Positions 27,260 to 36,263 of a DNA stretch of 43,572 bases are shown here, piece by piece; positions within the stretch are counted from its first letter, which is position 1, and the number at the start of each line of letters is the position of its first letter. Location of the stretch: positions 1 through 43,572 of IMG/VR virus record IMGVR_UViG_3300048589_000157. The stretch is one strand, 5' to 3'. The position numbers and the translations under genes are program-made. Origin of the DNA: a virus (taxonomy: Duplodnaviria > Caudoviricetes). The notes beneath the pieces are model-generated. The model was not told the origin of the DNA. It saw nothing but the letters and a program-made list of their open reading frames with translations, and did no database searches.

Positions 27260-27750
27260 CAGCCGATCACCAAGCGATCACGACGAACGATCCGCACGCC
27301 ATCGGGCACCGGCTCGCCGGCCTTGATCGCCGCCTTGATCCTGGACTTGTCGGCCTCGACCTTCACGCGGCACAGCGCATCCGGCAGGATCACGTCGGGG
27401 TCGATTTCGACCGACTCGTCGCGGCCGATTTCCAGCCGGGCGGAAAATGTCCCGTCGATGGCGTCGATTCGTTTGATGCCGGTCAGGGCCATGTTCTCGC
27501 GCAGGTACTTGCGCAGCCACTCCGAGCGCGATTCCAGCGCACGCTTGCGGTTCGTCAGGCGCTTGATCGCGGCGTTGACCGCTTCGGCCTCGGCTTCGAG
27601 GTTCAGGATGTAGGCTGTGACGGCCTGCCCTTTGCCCTCGAACACGGCCAGTGCGTTGACCAACTCGGGCGACATTTCTCCGGTTTCGGCGTCGAACCCG
27701 TTTTCCAGTGCTTCGGCAACCATGCCGGTGCATTCGTACAGTCTCAGCAT
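27259..27750 (-). CDS. Siphovirus Gp157-family protein
   Basis: LYE, I.NLEAEA, IKRL..RK..LE...LRKYL, DKSRIKAAIKAGEPVPDG; GGAG SD. Confidence 0.8.
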   Translation of the reverse strand: MLRLYECTGMVAEALENGFDAETGEMSPELVNALAVFEGKGQAVTAYILNLEAEAEAVNAAIKRLTNRKRALESRSEWLRKYLRENMALTGIKRIDAIDGTFSARLEIGRDESVEIDPDVILPDALCRVKVEADKSRIKAAIKAGEPVPDGVRIVRRDRLVIG

Positions 27751-27971
27751 GTCAACTCCCATACGGTTGCGCTCACTCGGCAGGAACCGCGTTCCCATCG
27801 ATTCGCGTTGACGAGCGTCGTTCCTGCGCGCCGCACCGAACCGCGCTGTGCCATACCAGCCAATTGGGCCGAAATGGACTCAGGACGCGCCCGGACGATC
27901 CGGGTAATGTCTTGCGTCGTCCCTCGGCCTCCGAGGGCTTGCAGTGCGGTTCTGATGCGATTGGCGCGCAT
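27744..27971 (-). CDS. Small winged-HTH protein
   Basis: TTQDIT...SISAQLAGMAQRGSVRR...VWEL. Confidence 0.55.
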   Translation of the reverse strand: MRANRIRTALQALGGRGTTQDITRIVRARPESISAQLAGMAQRGSVRRAGTTLVNANRWERGSCRVSATVWELTC

Positions 27972-27972
27972 G

Positions 27973-28599
27973 TCAGAACGGGATGTCGTCGTCCATGTCG
28001 TCCATGCCGGACGGCGCCATCACTTCTCGCTTCTCTTGCTTGCCCTTCATCGGCTTGTCGCGCAGTGCGGTGACCATGCGTGACAGCGTTTCCGGCTCTG
28101 TCTTGCGCGCGAGGATCTCGGATGCGGTCAACTCCGTATCCGGGTCGAAGCAGCCGACGATGTTGACCTTCGCTCCGATCGAGCCATCGCGCTTTTCGTA
28201 TTCCTCGCGTTGCAGCAACAGCCCGATGCGCTTGTTTGTCAACTCGGGGAAGATCGTCGCCGGAAACTTGCCACGCTGACCGCTGCCAGAATCCCACTTC
28301 TCGACTTGCCCTGCGGTCGGGGTGAGGGTCTTCGCCTTGCAAACGGTCATCATTGCGTTAAGCGTTTTGAGGCTCGGCAAGGCTTCTCCCTTCGCGTTGT
28401 ACGTCCACAGCGAGAGGAAATCGGCCGTAGCGCCGTCGTCGGACTTGAACGAGAACTCAACGCCCTCCGTCTCGTTCTTTGATGTGACAATCTCCACGCG
28501 GGTCAGCGTGCCGACGTACTTCCCGGTCTGGTCGATACGGCTCACGATGTTGTCGGCCGCGCTTGCTGCTTTGGTATCGAGGGTGTAGCTCCTGCTCAT
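27973..28599 (-). CDS. Single-stranded DNA-binding protein-like
   Basis: Acidic DDMDDDIPF C-terminus; follows the Sak4-like ATPase. Confidence 0.7.
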   Translation of the reverse strand: MSRSYTLDTKAASAADNIVSRIDQTGKYVGTLTRVEIVTSKNETEGVEFSFKSDDGATADFLSLWTYNAKGEALPSLKTLNAMMTVCKAKTLTPTAGQVEKWDSGSGQRGKFPATIFPELTNKRIGLLLQREEYEKRDGSIGAKVNIVGCFDPDTELTASEILARKTEPETLSRMVTALRDKPMKGKQEKREVMAPSGMDDMDDDIPF

Positions 28600-28602
28600 G
28601 GC

Positions 28603-29256
28603 TCATTGCTCCGTAGTGGTCAGGCCGTAGTACTCACAGATCGCGGCGTCGACTGCCGCGAGGTCGTTGTGGATCAGGTCGTCAGCGAACAGCCCAATGG
28701 GCGACTTCACCGTGTCCTGTCCGCTGTTATGCGTCGAGAACAGGTATTCGCCGTCTCGAACTTGCGTGCGCAGCACGATCGAGAACAGCCCCTCGACCGT
28801 GATCTTTTCGTCCAGCAGCTTGCCGATCGTCTTCACACGCGTGCGCCCGAACTCGTCAGATTGCGTGTGCCCGAGGATGTAGACGCGAACGTGATCGGGC
28901 AGGTTGTTCGCAAGCGTGAGTACGTCCCATGCGTGCCGACCGATGTCGCTGAACTTCTCGAAACCCTTCTCGTCGCTGCGACGCATGTACTCGTTGGCGA
29001 GCACGTACTGAAAGTCATCGAGGACGATCACCGGGCGCTTCGTCTTGCTCATCAGTGAGCAGATCGTGTCGGACTTGTCGGACACGAAGATGTTCCCCGC
29101 CTTCGCTTCCTTGTCGAAGTACTTCCAGTCAGCGGAGCGAAACGGAAGCGGCTTGCGCACCGACTGAATCAGCAGCGTTTCGGCCGCATTCATGTTGCGC
29201 AGGCTCGTGCTCTTGCCCGTGCCGCTCTCGCCGAGGATCAAGACTGCTGTACTCAT
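28603..29256 (-). CDS. AAA ATPase, Sak4-like recombinase
   Basis: Walker A GESGTGKS, Walker B IVLDDFQY, KTIGKLLD, KSPIGLF. Confidence 0.8.
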   Translation of the reverse strand: MSTAVLILGESGTGKSTSLRNMNAAETLLIQSVRKPLPFRSADWKYFDKEAKAGNIFVSDKSDTICSLMSKTKRPVIVLDDFQYVLANEYMRRSDEKGFEKFSDIGRHAWDVLTLANNLPDHVRVYILGHTQSDEFGRTRVKTIGKLLDEKITVEGLFSIVLRTQVRDGEYLFSTHNSGQDTVKSPIGLFADDLIHNDLAAVDAAICEYYGLTTTEQ

Positions 29257-29337
29257 GGCTCAGACTCCTTTGCTCATCGCTCAAAGATTCCATCTCTTCC
29301 TGCTGGCCGACGGTGGCCCACCATTGCAGCCAGTCCA

Positions 29338-29604
29338 TCAGCCGCCCCTCGCCAACTTCTCGATCGTCTCCGACAGCACGATCAGTTCGTCCTTCTTCAT
29401 CACCTTCCACATCCGGCGCTGCCCGTGCCATCCGTTGAATCCGTCCCGGTGGCACGATGCGCAGACCGGGATGCAGACGAAGTGCAGGCCCTGCTTGATG
29501 TGGTGCGCCTCGCTCGGGGCCGGCGCGTCGCAGACCCCGCACGGCATGCTCTTGATGCGCTCCAGGTACTTGCGAGCGTTGGCGCTGATGCCCTTGCTGT
29601 TCAC
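29338..29604 (-). CDS. Ref/DUF968-like HNH nuclease
   Basis: PCGVC...EAHH...IPVCASCH...GWHG. Confidence 0.7.
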   Translation of the reverse strand: MNSKGISANARKYLERIKSMPCGVCDAPAPSEAHHIKQGLHFVCIPVCASCHRDGFNGWHGQRRMWKVMKKDELIVLSETIEKLARGG

Positions 29605-29780
29605 CGCACCCGCTCCGCCATCCACCGAGCCAACAGCGGCGGCATGCGCCACACGCGTAGCGCGTTCGGGTCGGCACGCTCCTGCGCCTGCTGCTTGAGC
29701 CGGCGCGCCGCAGCGTCCGCGAGCGCCTTCGCTTCGCTGAACGTCAGCGGGTAGTGGCGCACGATGTCGGCGGGTTTCAT
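29601..29780 (-). CDS. Hypothetical protein
   Basis: Coupled small ORF in left operon. Confidence 0.5.
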   Translation of the reverse strand: MKPADIVRHYPLTFSEAKALADAAARRLKQQAQERADPNALRVWRMPPLLARWMAERVR

Positions 29781-30016
29781 GCCGCCTTCCTCGCTTCGCA
29801 CGCATCGGCGGCGGCGATCAACTCGGCAGCGAGTGCGCGAGCCTGTTCCGCACTCAAAGCAATCGACGACGTAACGTGGCCGGTCACTGCGATGAATCTG
29901 ATGCGGTGGAAACTCGCCTCAACATAGAAATTCGGCTCGTTCCCCTCTTGTCGCATCACGCTTTTGTACTGGTCGTACAGGCCGAGCGGCTCGCGCTCAA
30001 ACTTCGGTTGTGTCAT
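29777..30016 (-). CDS. Hypothetical protein
   Basis: LSAEQARALAAELIAAAD motif common in phage early proteins. Confidence 0.6.
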   Translation of the reverse strand: MTQPKFEREPLGLYDQYKSVMRQEGNEPNFYVEASFHRIRFIAVTGHVTSSIALSAEQARALAAELIAAADACEARKAA

Positions 30017-30018
30017 GG

Positions 30019-30198
30019 CTATTCCTCTTCCTCGCAAGCGGTTTCAATCGGCATGTAGTACCGGCACCATCCAAGCGACTCGCGCTCGCCGTTAAAAAAC
30101 GCCTGCGACACGAGCCCTTGTGCCGGCGCAGTGCGCTCGCATCGCGGCGCGTAGGGACATACGCCTAGACCGTCGGCGCAGCGGGTCGTGTCGTTCAT
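30019..30198 (-). CDS. Small Cys-containing hypothetical protein
   Basis: MNDTTRC...CP...C.R...C..Y. Confidence 0.55.
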   Translation of the reverse strand: MNDTTRCADGLGVCPYAPRCERTAPAQGLVSQAFFNGERESLGWCRYYMPIETACEEEE

Positions 30199-30749
30199 AG
30201 CGCAAACTGCTCGTATACGAGAGCGTCGAAATCGTCCCTCGCAGCGGCGCTCGCAGCGGCACTCGCAGCGTCCCACGCAGCGGCCAACGCAGCGGCCCAC
30301 GCAGCGGCCCACGCAGCGCCGCTCGCAGCGTCCCGCGCAGCGGCCCACGCAGCGGCCCACGCAGCGCCGCTCGCAGCGGCTCTGAGCGACTCATCACCTG
30401 TCATCAGGTAGTCGAGCACTACATCGGCCGGCTCGTGGTACAGGTGAATCACCGATAGCGCCTGCATCCTCGCGTAGTAACGCAACGTCTCGCTGATGTC
30501 GGCTCGCTCAATGATCCGGCGACGGCGGCACACGAACTTGTCGTCGTGCTCGTCCACTACGTCGTCGCACTCGACGCGGCAGAGCACAGGTCCGGGCGCG
30601 TATTCGAGCGCATGCGCCGGTCTGCGGCTGGCGTGCAGGCCCGACTCGCAGATCACGACCGGGCCGGTATGCACGAGCCACTCACCGTCGCGCGGGATCG
30701 GTCTGCCGTCGCGCAGGGTGTCAGCGACGAAATGCCATGCGTCGATCAT
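30195..30749 (-). CDS. DUF7666-like protein with AAWAAA repeats
   Basis: CESGLHAS..PAHALEYA...LCRVE...DKFVC; C-terminal (AAWA/AARD) repeats. Confidence 0.65.
   Translation of the reverse strand: MIDAWHFVADTLRDGRPIPRDGEWLVHTGPVVICESGLHASRRPAHALEYAPGPVLCRVECDDVVDEHDDKFVCRRRRIIERADISETLRYYARMQALSVIHLYHEPADVVLDYLMTGDESLRAAASGAAWAAAWAAARDAASGAAWAAAWAAALAAAWDAASAAASAAARDDFDALVYEQFAL
30240..30380. repeat. 12-bp-period tandem repeat (GCAGCGGCCCAC-like)
   Basis: Encodes AAWA/AASG/AARD units on the minus strand. Confidence 0.85.
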
Positions 30750-30898
30750 CAGATTCCCCCCGCCAGCCACAGCGCCACGAGCCCGCCGATCGTCCACAGC
30801 ACTGCCGACAGCGCCAGCGCTGCGAGGATTCCGCGTGCCGCGTCCAAGCCGTCGTCGGCTTCGTCGATCATCCGTAGCAGGTCGTTGTCGCGTCGCAT
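30749..30898 (-). CDS. Small membrane protein
   Basis: DDGLDAARGILAALALSAVLWTIGGLVALWL; 49 aa. Confidence 0.55.
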   Translation of the reverse strand: MRRDNDLLRMIDEADDGLDAARGILAALALSAVLWTIGGLVALWLAGGI

Positions 30899-31296
30899 TA
30901 CGTGCGCTCCTGTGCGGCGAGGGCGGCCATAGCGGAACGTGTTTCAGCCGCCATCCGGTGCCAATCATTGATTTGCGCAACGTCTTCGTGCGAAGCACCG
31001 TATGGCACTCGCACGAACTCTGTGACCGCCCCTTCGATCACTGCATCTGCCATTTCTACGATGGCGCGCAGCGCATCCCGCTCCGCCAGCAGCGCGGCGA
31101 TCGTCTCTGGGTCGCAGGCGGCGATCAGGCGCGCATCTGCCAAGACGTTGTGAATGCGTTTGTCGTCGTGGAAAACGGCGTCACCGTCGGCATTTCTGAC
31201 CGTGACGTGCGTGGCGCTTTCGTCGATTGCCCGCCCCGGCGTCGGCCCGGCAGCCAGCGCAGCGCGCAGTGCGGCGTAGCGGTCGGCGGTCATCAC
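30898..31296 (-). CDS. Ead/Ea22-like protein
   Basis: AGPTPG...ADARLIAACDPETIAALLAERDAL. Confidence 0.7.
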   Translation of the reverse strand: MMTADRYAALRAALAAGPTPGRAIDESATHVTVRNADGDAVFHDDKRIHNVLADARLIAACDPETIAALLAERDALRAIVEMADAVIEGAVTEFVRVPYGASHEDVAQINDWHRMAAETRSAMAALAAQERT

Positions 31297-31631
31297 GCAC
31301 CCCTCGCCAGATACCGCACGATCTCGGTCTGCATGTCCTGCGCGAGCACGCTGGCCTCGTCGTACCTGCCGGCGAGGACATGCAGCCGCAGCACGTCGTG
31401 CGCTCTATCGAGATCGAGCCACTCGCCGCCGTGCTTCACCTGCAAATCGGCATACACGATGTCGCCGTCTGCCTTGAGCGCCATCAGGTCGGCACTCGAT
31501 GCGGCAGTGGCCTGCGCCTGTTCGTAGGCAGCGCCTATCGGGTCGCGGTCGTCGGTGCGCGGGTCGATCGGATGGCCCGTGGGTCGCGGCCAAGTGCGCT
31601 CGTCTCCGTACCCCTGCGTGGTGTAGGTCAT
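31293..31631 (-). CDS. Hypothetical protein
   Basis: GYGDERTW...HPIDPR motif; coupled to neighbours. Confidence 0.6.
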   Translation of the reverse strand: MTYTTQGYGDERTWPRPTGHPIDPRTDDRDPIGAAYEQAQATAASSADLMALKADGDIVYADLQVKHGGEWLDLDRAHDVLRLHVLAGRYDEASVLAQDMQTEIVRYLARGA

Positions 31632-31993
31632 GCCGGCACCTTCTGGCTGTAGCACTTGCGGGCCGTGTACGCCGATTGCAGGGCTTCGTGCTCGCCCTTG
31701 ACCCGCGCGTATTCGGCTTCCTGCGCCTTCTTGCCGCCGAGGAAGAACAGGGCAGGCCAGAACAGCACGATGCCTACGGTCGTCAGCGCGGCATCGTTGC
31801 TCGCGGCGGTGTCGAGCTGCGCGCCGAGTTCCGTGGCGCGGTTGTGCAGGCGGGTCAATTCGGCCGCGATCTGCTCGCAGTCGTACCCCTGGTATTGCAG
31901 GGGCGACACCGACTGCGCGGCGATGTTCTGCGAGGACGTTGCGCAGCCGGCGAGGAACGCGGCTGCGGTTACTGCGGCGATCGTGCGTCTCAT
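31628..31993 (-). CDS. Lipoprotein, first gene of the leftward operon
   Basis: Lipobox LAG-C, Y..YDCEQI, hydrophobic VGIVLFWPALFFL; AGGGAG SD. Confidence 0.75.
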   Translation of the reverse strand: MRRTIAAVTAAAFLAGCATSSQNIAAQSVSPLQYQGYDCEQIAAELTRLHNRATELGAQLDTAASNDAALTTVGIVLFWPALFFLGGKKAQEAEYARVKGEHEALQSAYTARKCYSQKVPA

Positions 31994-32030
31994 CTGCTGC
32001 TCCCTGTCGTTGTTGGATGGCGTAGTTGTG

Positions 32031-32059
32031 AGAATAGCGGCCCTATTCCTATATGTCAA
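32031..32059 (-). promoter_or_regulatory. PL-like sigma70 promoter
   Basis: TTGACA-17 nt-TATTCT on the minus strand. Confidence 0.85.
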
Positions 32060-32072
32060 TAGGGCCGCTCTA
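32033..32072. promoter_or_regulatory. Operator pair OL (15-bp quasi-palindromes at 32033 and 32058)
   Basis: AATAGCGGCCCTATT and AATAGGGCCGCTCTA, 25 bp apart, overlapping PL. Confidence 0.75.
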
Positions 32073-32085
32073 CTTCAGGCGTTGC

Positions 32086-32109
32086 AAAAAAGGCCCGCCG
32101 AAGCGGGCC
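32086..32109 (-). terminator. Minus-strand Rho-independent terminator
   Basis: GGCCCGC-ttcg-GCGGGCC-T6 on the minus strand. Confidence 0.85.
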
Positions 32110-32254
32110 AGGCGGACTACAGGGGTCTGTGATCGCCCCGAACGCGTCTACTCAGTTCGTCGTCGAGAGCCTGCGTCATGCCCCTAGTGAACGTTGGGTT
32201 GCGATCGCATTCACCGGCCGTGTCGGCGATGTACTGTCGGCGCCGGTCCCAGCA

Positions 32255-32296
32255 ACAAGGGGCGCTATTGCGCGAACGGAATAGGGGCGCTACTAT
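32255..32296 (+). promoter_or_regulatory. PR-like promoter with operator pair OR
   Basis: TTGCGC(32268)-17 nt-TACTAT(32291); operators ACAAGGGGCGCTATT (32255) and AATAGGGGCGCTACT (32280). Confidence 0.75.
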
Positions 32297-32303
32297 ACGG
32301 TTC

Positions 32304-32522
32304 ATGAGCATTGTCTCCATCCGTAAAGGGCTCGGTCTATCGCAAGCCCAGTTCGCCGCAGGAATCGGTGTGACGCAAGGAAACGTGTCGCACTACGAGT
32401 GCGGCCGGCAGCAGATTCCGCCCGACGTGGCGGCGCGGATCATCGCCTTCGCCAAGACGCATGACCTCGCGATCACGTTCGACGATATCTACGCCGCGTC
32501 GATCGCCGAGAAGGCGGTCTGA
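32304..32522 (+). CDS. Cro-like HTH repressor
   Basis: IRKGLGLSQAQFAAGIGVTQGNVSHYECG; first gene after PR. Confidence 0.85.
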   Translation: MSIVSIRKGLGLSQAQFAAGIGVTQGNVSHYECGRQQIPPDVAARIIAFAKTHDLAITFDDIYAASIAEKAV

Positions 32523-32715
32523 GCGATGCCATCTATTCGACCGGCTTGTTTGGCTTGCGGCAAAGCGCGGGCATCCAACCCCTGAGAGCTATGGCCCTCG
32601 AAAGGCAGGACGTGAATGCTATGAGCACCTTCGCCGCCACCCGCCGCGCCCGCCTGCGCATCATCGAGGCGCGCATCCGCACGCTGGTCGCGCTGTGGCT
32701 CAGGGAGTGCGGGCG

Positions 32716-33057
32716 ATGACGCTGCGCTGTAGGCCGGGCGATCTCGCCGAGATCCTCGTCGCCTCGCCATACAACCCGGCGGTCAAGGGCCGTCTCGTCG
32801 ACGTGCTGTCGCCCGCCCCTGCCGGGGATTTCGCGATGCCGGACGGCTTCCTGCAATTCGCGGTGGCGCCCGATTACTGGGTGTGCCGACTCGTCGGTGG
32901 TCCAGTGCTCTCGCCGACTGGTCCGAGGCGGGGGCAGTGCAACGCGATGCAGAGGCGGCCCTACATCGCAGTGCCGGACCGTTTCCTGCGCCCCATCCGC
33001 CCCGACGCCGAGCCGGTCGATGTCGAGGCGGGCGGGCCGGTGGAGGCCGCCGCATGA
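32716..33057 (+). CDS. Hypothetical protein
   Basis: RCRPGDLA...PDRFLRPIRP motif; GGGAG SD. Confidence 0.65.
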   Translation: MTLRCRPGDLAEILVASPYNPAVKGRLVDVLSPAPAGDFAMPDGFLQFAVAPDYWVCRLVGGPVLSPTGPRRGQCNAMQRRPYIAVPDRFLRPIRPDAEPVDVEAGGPVEAAA

Positions 33058-33572
33058 CCGGCCGGCAGCCACTCTCCCCGGAGGCGATGCTCGCCTACCT
33101 GCAAGAGCACGCCTACCGCGACGGCGATTGCCTCACCTGGGCCGGGCCGTTCCAGTCCAGCGGCGAGCCACGAATCATGTGGCACCGCCAGGAGCATCTG
33201 GCGCGCCGGCTGCTCGTCGCGCTCTCTGGTCGAGAACTTCGCCCGAAGGATCGCGTGTTCGACACCTGCGGCAATCGCAAGTGCATGACGCTCGCGCACC
33301 TAAGAATCGGCACGCACGCCCAGGCGTTGAAGCAGCGCGCCAAGGAAGGCGCATACCCCTCCGGTGCCCGCAGATCGCTCGCCGTGGCCGTGGGGCGCGC
33401 GAAAAACGCCCGGATGGGCATCCACGCTGCGCCGGCAGTGCTGCGCATGCGTGCCGAGGGCCGAACGTACAAGGAGATTGCCGCGCTGTACGGAGTGCAT
33501 CCGTCGGCTGTCGGGCATGCGCTCAAAGCGTGGGCGCGCGCCGGAATCACCGAATGGCGGGCGGCGGCGTGA
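33054..33572 (+). CDS. Degenerate HNH-like domain + C-terminal HTH
   Basis: DCLTWAG...TCGNRKCMTLAHL; GRTYKEIAALYGVHPSAV. Confidence 0.65.
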   Translation: MTGRQPLSPEAMLAYLQEHAYRDGDCLTWAGPFQSSGEPRIMWHRQEHLARRLLVALSGRELRPKDRVFDTCGNRKCMTLAHLRIGTHAQALKQRAKEGAYPSGARRSLAVAVGRAKNARMGIHAAPAVLRMRAEGRTYKEIAALYGVHPSAVGHALKAWARAGITEWRAAA

Positions 33573-33864
33573 GCGCATGCGCATGGATGGCCGAGCAGGC
33601 GCTGCGCGTCGACGACTTGCCGCACCGCGCGCTGATGGGCGAGGCCGAGCAGCGCCGCCGCGCACCGAAGCCGGCGGCAGGACGAAAAGCGCGCAGCCAT
33701 CCGTGCCGCTCTCACCGACGACTGGCAGACGCTGCGCGATCTGATGCAGCGCACGGGCTGCGGCAAGTGGCTCGTGTACGACGAGGTAAGCGCCGCAGTC
33801 GACGAAGGCCATGCGGAGGCGTGGATCGATGGCGGTGCGCGGCTGTATCGGAGGGCGCGGTGAT
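33569..33864 (+). pseudogene. wHTH-like gene with a frameshift near 33675
   Basis: GTG-start frame needs +1 to reach DEKRAAIRAALTDDWQTLRDLMQRTG...LYRRAR. Confidence 0.45.
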
Positions 33865-33951
33865 TCGCTTTCTCTGGCGCGCAATCAAGTGGCGGTCTGC
33901 CTCGCTCGCGTGGTGGATCGCTCGATACGAACACGAAGAACGGAAGGGACG

Positions 33952-34779
33952 ATGATCGAACTGCATCCACTGTGCACGCTGTTTCCCCGGCTGTCGGGCG
34001 CTGAATTCGATGCACTGAAAGCCGACATCAAGGCCAACGGTCTGCGTCAACCGATCGTCCTGCACGAAGGGATGATCCTCGACGGCGGCAACCGCTACCG
34101 TGCCTGCCTGGATGCTGGCGTCGAACCGGAATTCACGGCGTTCGAGGGCGGCAATCTCGTCTCCTTCGTCCTGTCGGCGAACCTGCATCGCAGGCACATG
34201 ACGCCAGGGCAACAGGCCGCGATCGTCGCCAGTGCGCAGGATTGGGCGAAGGCGCAGGCCGGTGGAAGCGGCGGCGATCGGCGATCAAGTGCAACGTTGC
34301 ACTTGGATTCCACGGCGAAGCGAGCGGCCGAGTCAGGGGCCAGCATCCGCACGCAGAAGATGGCCGACAAGGTAGCGAAGGCCGACCCGGAACTGGCGAA
34401 GAAGGTTGCTCATGGGGAAGTGAGCCTTCCCAAGGCCGTCGACCGGATCGAGGGCCGAGACAAGCAGGTCGACGAGGAAGCATTTGGCGACTTCGACCCG
34501 GTGGCGGAACTGAGCGTTGCGCATAAGGAAATCAGTGCCCTGCAAGCACAGATCGGCGCTCTCAGTCTGGACGACACGGCGGCGGAACTGAGGCGGCAGA
34601 TCGAGATTCGGCAGGGCGTTGAGGCGCGGCTGGCGCAGGAAATGAACCGCGCCAACGAACTGGACAAACAGCTTCGCAAGCTCGGCAAGTTGCTGGAGAC
34701 ATTGCGCAAGCTCACGGGTGCCGATACGAACGCATCGGCGATCGCCGCCGTTCGCGCAATGGTGGCTAAGGCTGCGTGA
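33952..34779 (+). CDS. ParB-N-domain protein in the replication module
   Basis: HPLCTLFP...LKADIKANGLRQPI...ILDGGNRYRAC...SANLHRRHMT. Confidence 0.8.
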   Translation: MIELHPLCTLFPRLSGAEFDALKADIKANGLRQPIVLHEGMILDGGNRYRACLDAGVEPEFTAFEGGNLVSFVLSANLHRRHMTPGQQAAIVASAQDWAKAQAGGSGGDRRSSATLHLDSTAKRAAESGASIRTQKMADKVAKADPELAKKVAHGEVSLPKAVDRIEGRDKQVDEEAFGDFDPVAELSVAHKEISALQAQIGALSLDDTAAELRRQIEIRQGVEARLAQEMNRANELDKQLRKLGKLLETLRKLTGADTNASAIAAVRAMVAKAA

Positions 34780-36263
34780 TGCAAATCGACCTGCGCCCGT
34801 ATCAGCTACAGGCGGTCGACGGCCTGCGCCGCGAGATTGCTGCCGGGCGTCGCAACATCGTTCTGTGCGCGCCCACGGGAGCGGGGAAGACGCTGATCGG
34901 CACGCACCTGATGCAAGAGTCGCAACGCAAAGGAAAGCGGGCGCTGTTCGTGGTCGACCGACTGTCCTTGCTCGACCAGACGAGCCAGGTGCTCGATTCC
35001 TACGGCCTTGCTCACGGGGTTATCCAAGGCGGGCATTGGCGGTTTCGCCCATACGAACAGGTGCAAGTCTGTTCGCAGCAAACGCTCGCTCGCCGGAAGT
35101 GGCCCGATACAGACCTCATCATTGTGGACGAAGCGCACACGATCACCGAAACGGTGCGCAAGAGGATTTCCGCGCGCGATGTAGTCACGATCGGCCTGAC
35201 CGCCACGCCTTTCACCAAAGGCATGGGCAAGGTCTATGAGTCGATGGTCAACGTCACGACGACGAACCAGCTCATCAACGATGGGTTTCTGTCGAACTTC
35301 CGCATCTTCGCCGCCTCCGAGCCGAACATGGAGGGCGTCAAGGTCGTCGCTGGCGAGTGGGACGAAAAGGAAACAAGCAAGCGCGCGATGGAAGTCGTCG
35401 GCGATTGCGTCGTCGAGTACCTCAAGCACGGCAACGGACAGAAGTTCATCTGTTCGGCTGTCGACACGGCCCACGTCGAGGAATTGCATCGCCAGTTCAT
35501 GGCGGCCGGCGTGAACTGCGCCACTTACACGTACAAGGTCAAGGACGACGAGCGCGCCGAGATCGTCAAGGAATTTCGCAAACCGGACTCCTACATCCGT
35601 GGGCTGATTACCGTTACCGCAGCCTCCAAGGGGTTCGACGTTCCAGACATCGGCGTCGTCATCATGGCCCGGCCGCTGCGCAAGTCGCTGGCCGAACACA
35701 TCCAGTTTTTCGGCCGTGGGCTGAGGGCGTACCCCGGCAAGACCGAGTGCATCGTGCTCGATCACTCCGGGAACTGCGCGCGATTCTGGAACGACTGGAC
35801 GGACTTCTTCGAGGCCGGCGCGAGCGAACTGGACGACGGCAAGAAGAAGCCGAAGCCGAAGGCTACGGGCGACACCGAAGATCGGATGGTCAAGTGCCCG
35901 CAGTGCAAGCATCTCCACAACCCGCGCCCGTTCTGCCCGAGTTGCGGACACGAGTATCCGAAGCGCGAATCCGTTGTTCATGTCGCCGGCACCCTGTCCG
36001 AACTCGTGGCCAGCGGGGACAGGAAGGCGCATACGGTAGCGATCTGGCCTCAGGTGGTGGGTTACGCGCGGAAGTATCGAGACGACCCGGCGCGCGCTGA
36101 GAAGCTGGCGAAGGCGCTGTTCTTCAAGATGACGAAGAACTGGCCGACCGTGCCATTCGATCGGGTTACAGCGGCCCCATTGACGCCGGAAGTGGCGAAC
36201 AAAATCCGCAGCCTGAACATCGCATACGCCGCGTCGCGCAAGCGCATGGAGGCGCGCGCGTGA
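34779..36263 (+). CDS. SF2 DEAD/DEAH helicase with C-terminal Zn ribbon
   Basis: LRPYQ, APTGAGKT, DEAH, GLTATP, GFDVPD, QFFGRGLR, CPQC...CPSC. Confidence 0.9.
   Translation: MQIDLRPYQLQAVDGLRREIAAGRRNIVLCAPTGAGKTLIGTHLMQESQRKGKRALFVVDRLSLLDQTSQVLDSYGLAHGVIQGGHWRFRPYEQVQVCSQQTLARRKWPDTDLIIVDEAHTITETVRKRISARDVVTIGLTATPFTKGMGKVYESMVNVTTTNQLINDGFLSNFRIFAASEPNMEGVKVVAGEWDEKETSKRAMEVVGDCVVEYLKHGNGQKFICSAVDTAHVEELHRQFMAAGVNCATYTYKVKDDERAEIVKEFRKPDSYIRGLITVTAASKGFDVPDIGVVIMARPLRKSLAEHIQFFGRGLRAYPGKTECIVLDHSGNCARFWNDWTDFFEAGASELDDGKKKPKPKATGDTEDRMVKCPQCKHLHNPRPFCPSCGHEYPKRESVVHVAGTLSELVASGDRKAHTVAIWPQVVGYARKYRDDPARAEKLAKALFFKMTKNWPTVPFDRVTAAPLTPEVANKIRSLNIAYAASRKRMEARA

Noticed and set aside
30240-30380. 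Repeat array as CRISPR or DGR repeat
   Set aside because: 12-bp coding period with no spacers; no cas or reverse transcriptase gene in the genome.
32580-32610. Hammerhead-like CTGAGAG...CTCGAAA
   Set aside because: The core lacks the N7 position of CUGANGA, and stems I/III with a cleavage triplet could not be built.
33952-34779. ParB as evidence of a plasmid prophage
   Set aside because: No ParA, parS array or repressor; ParB-N domains are common in phage replication modules.
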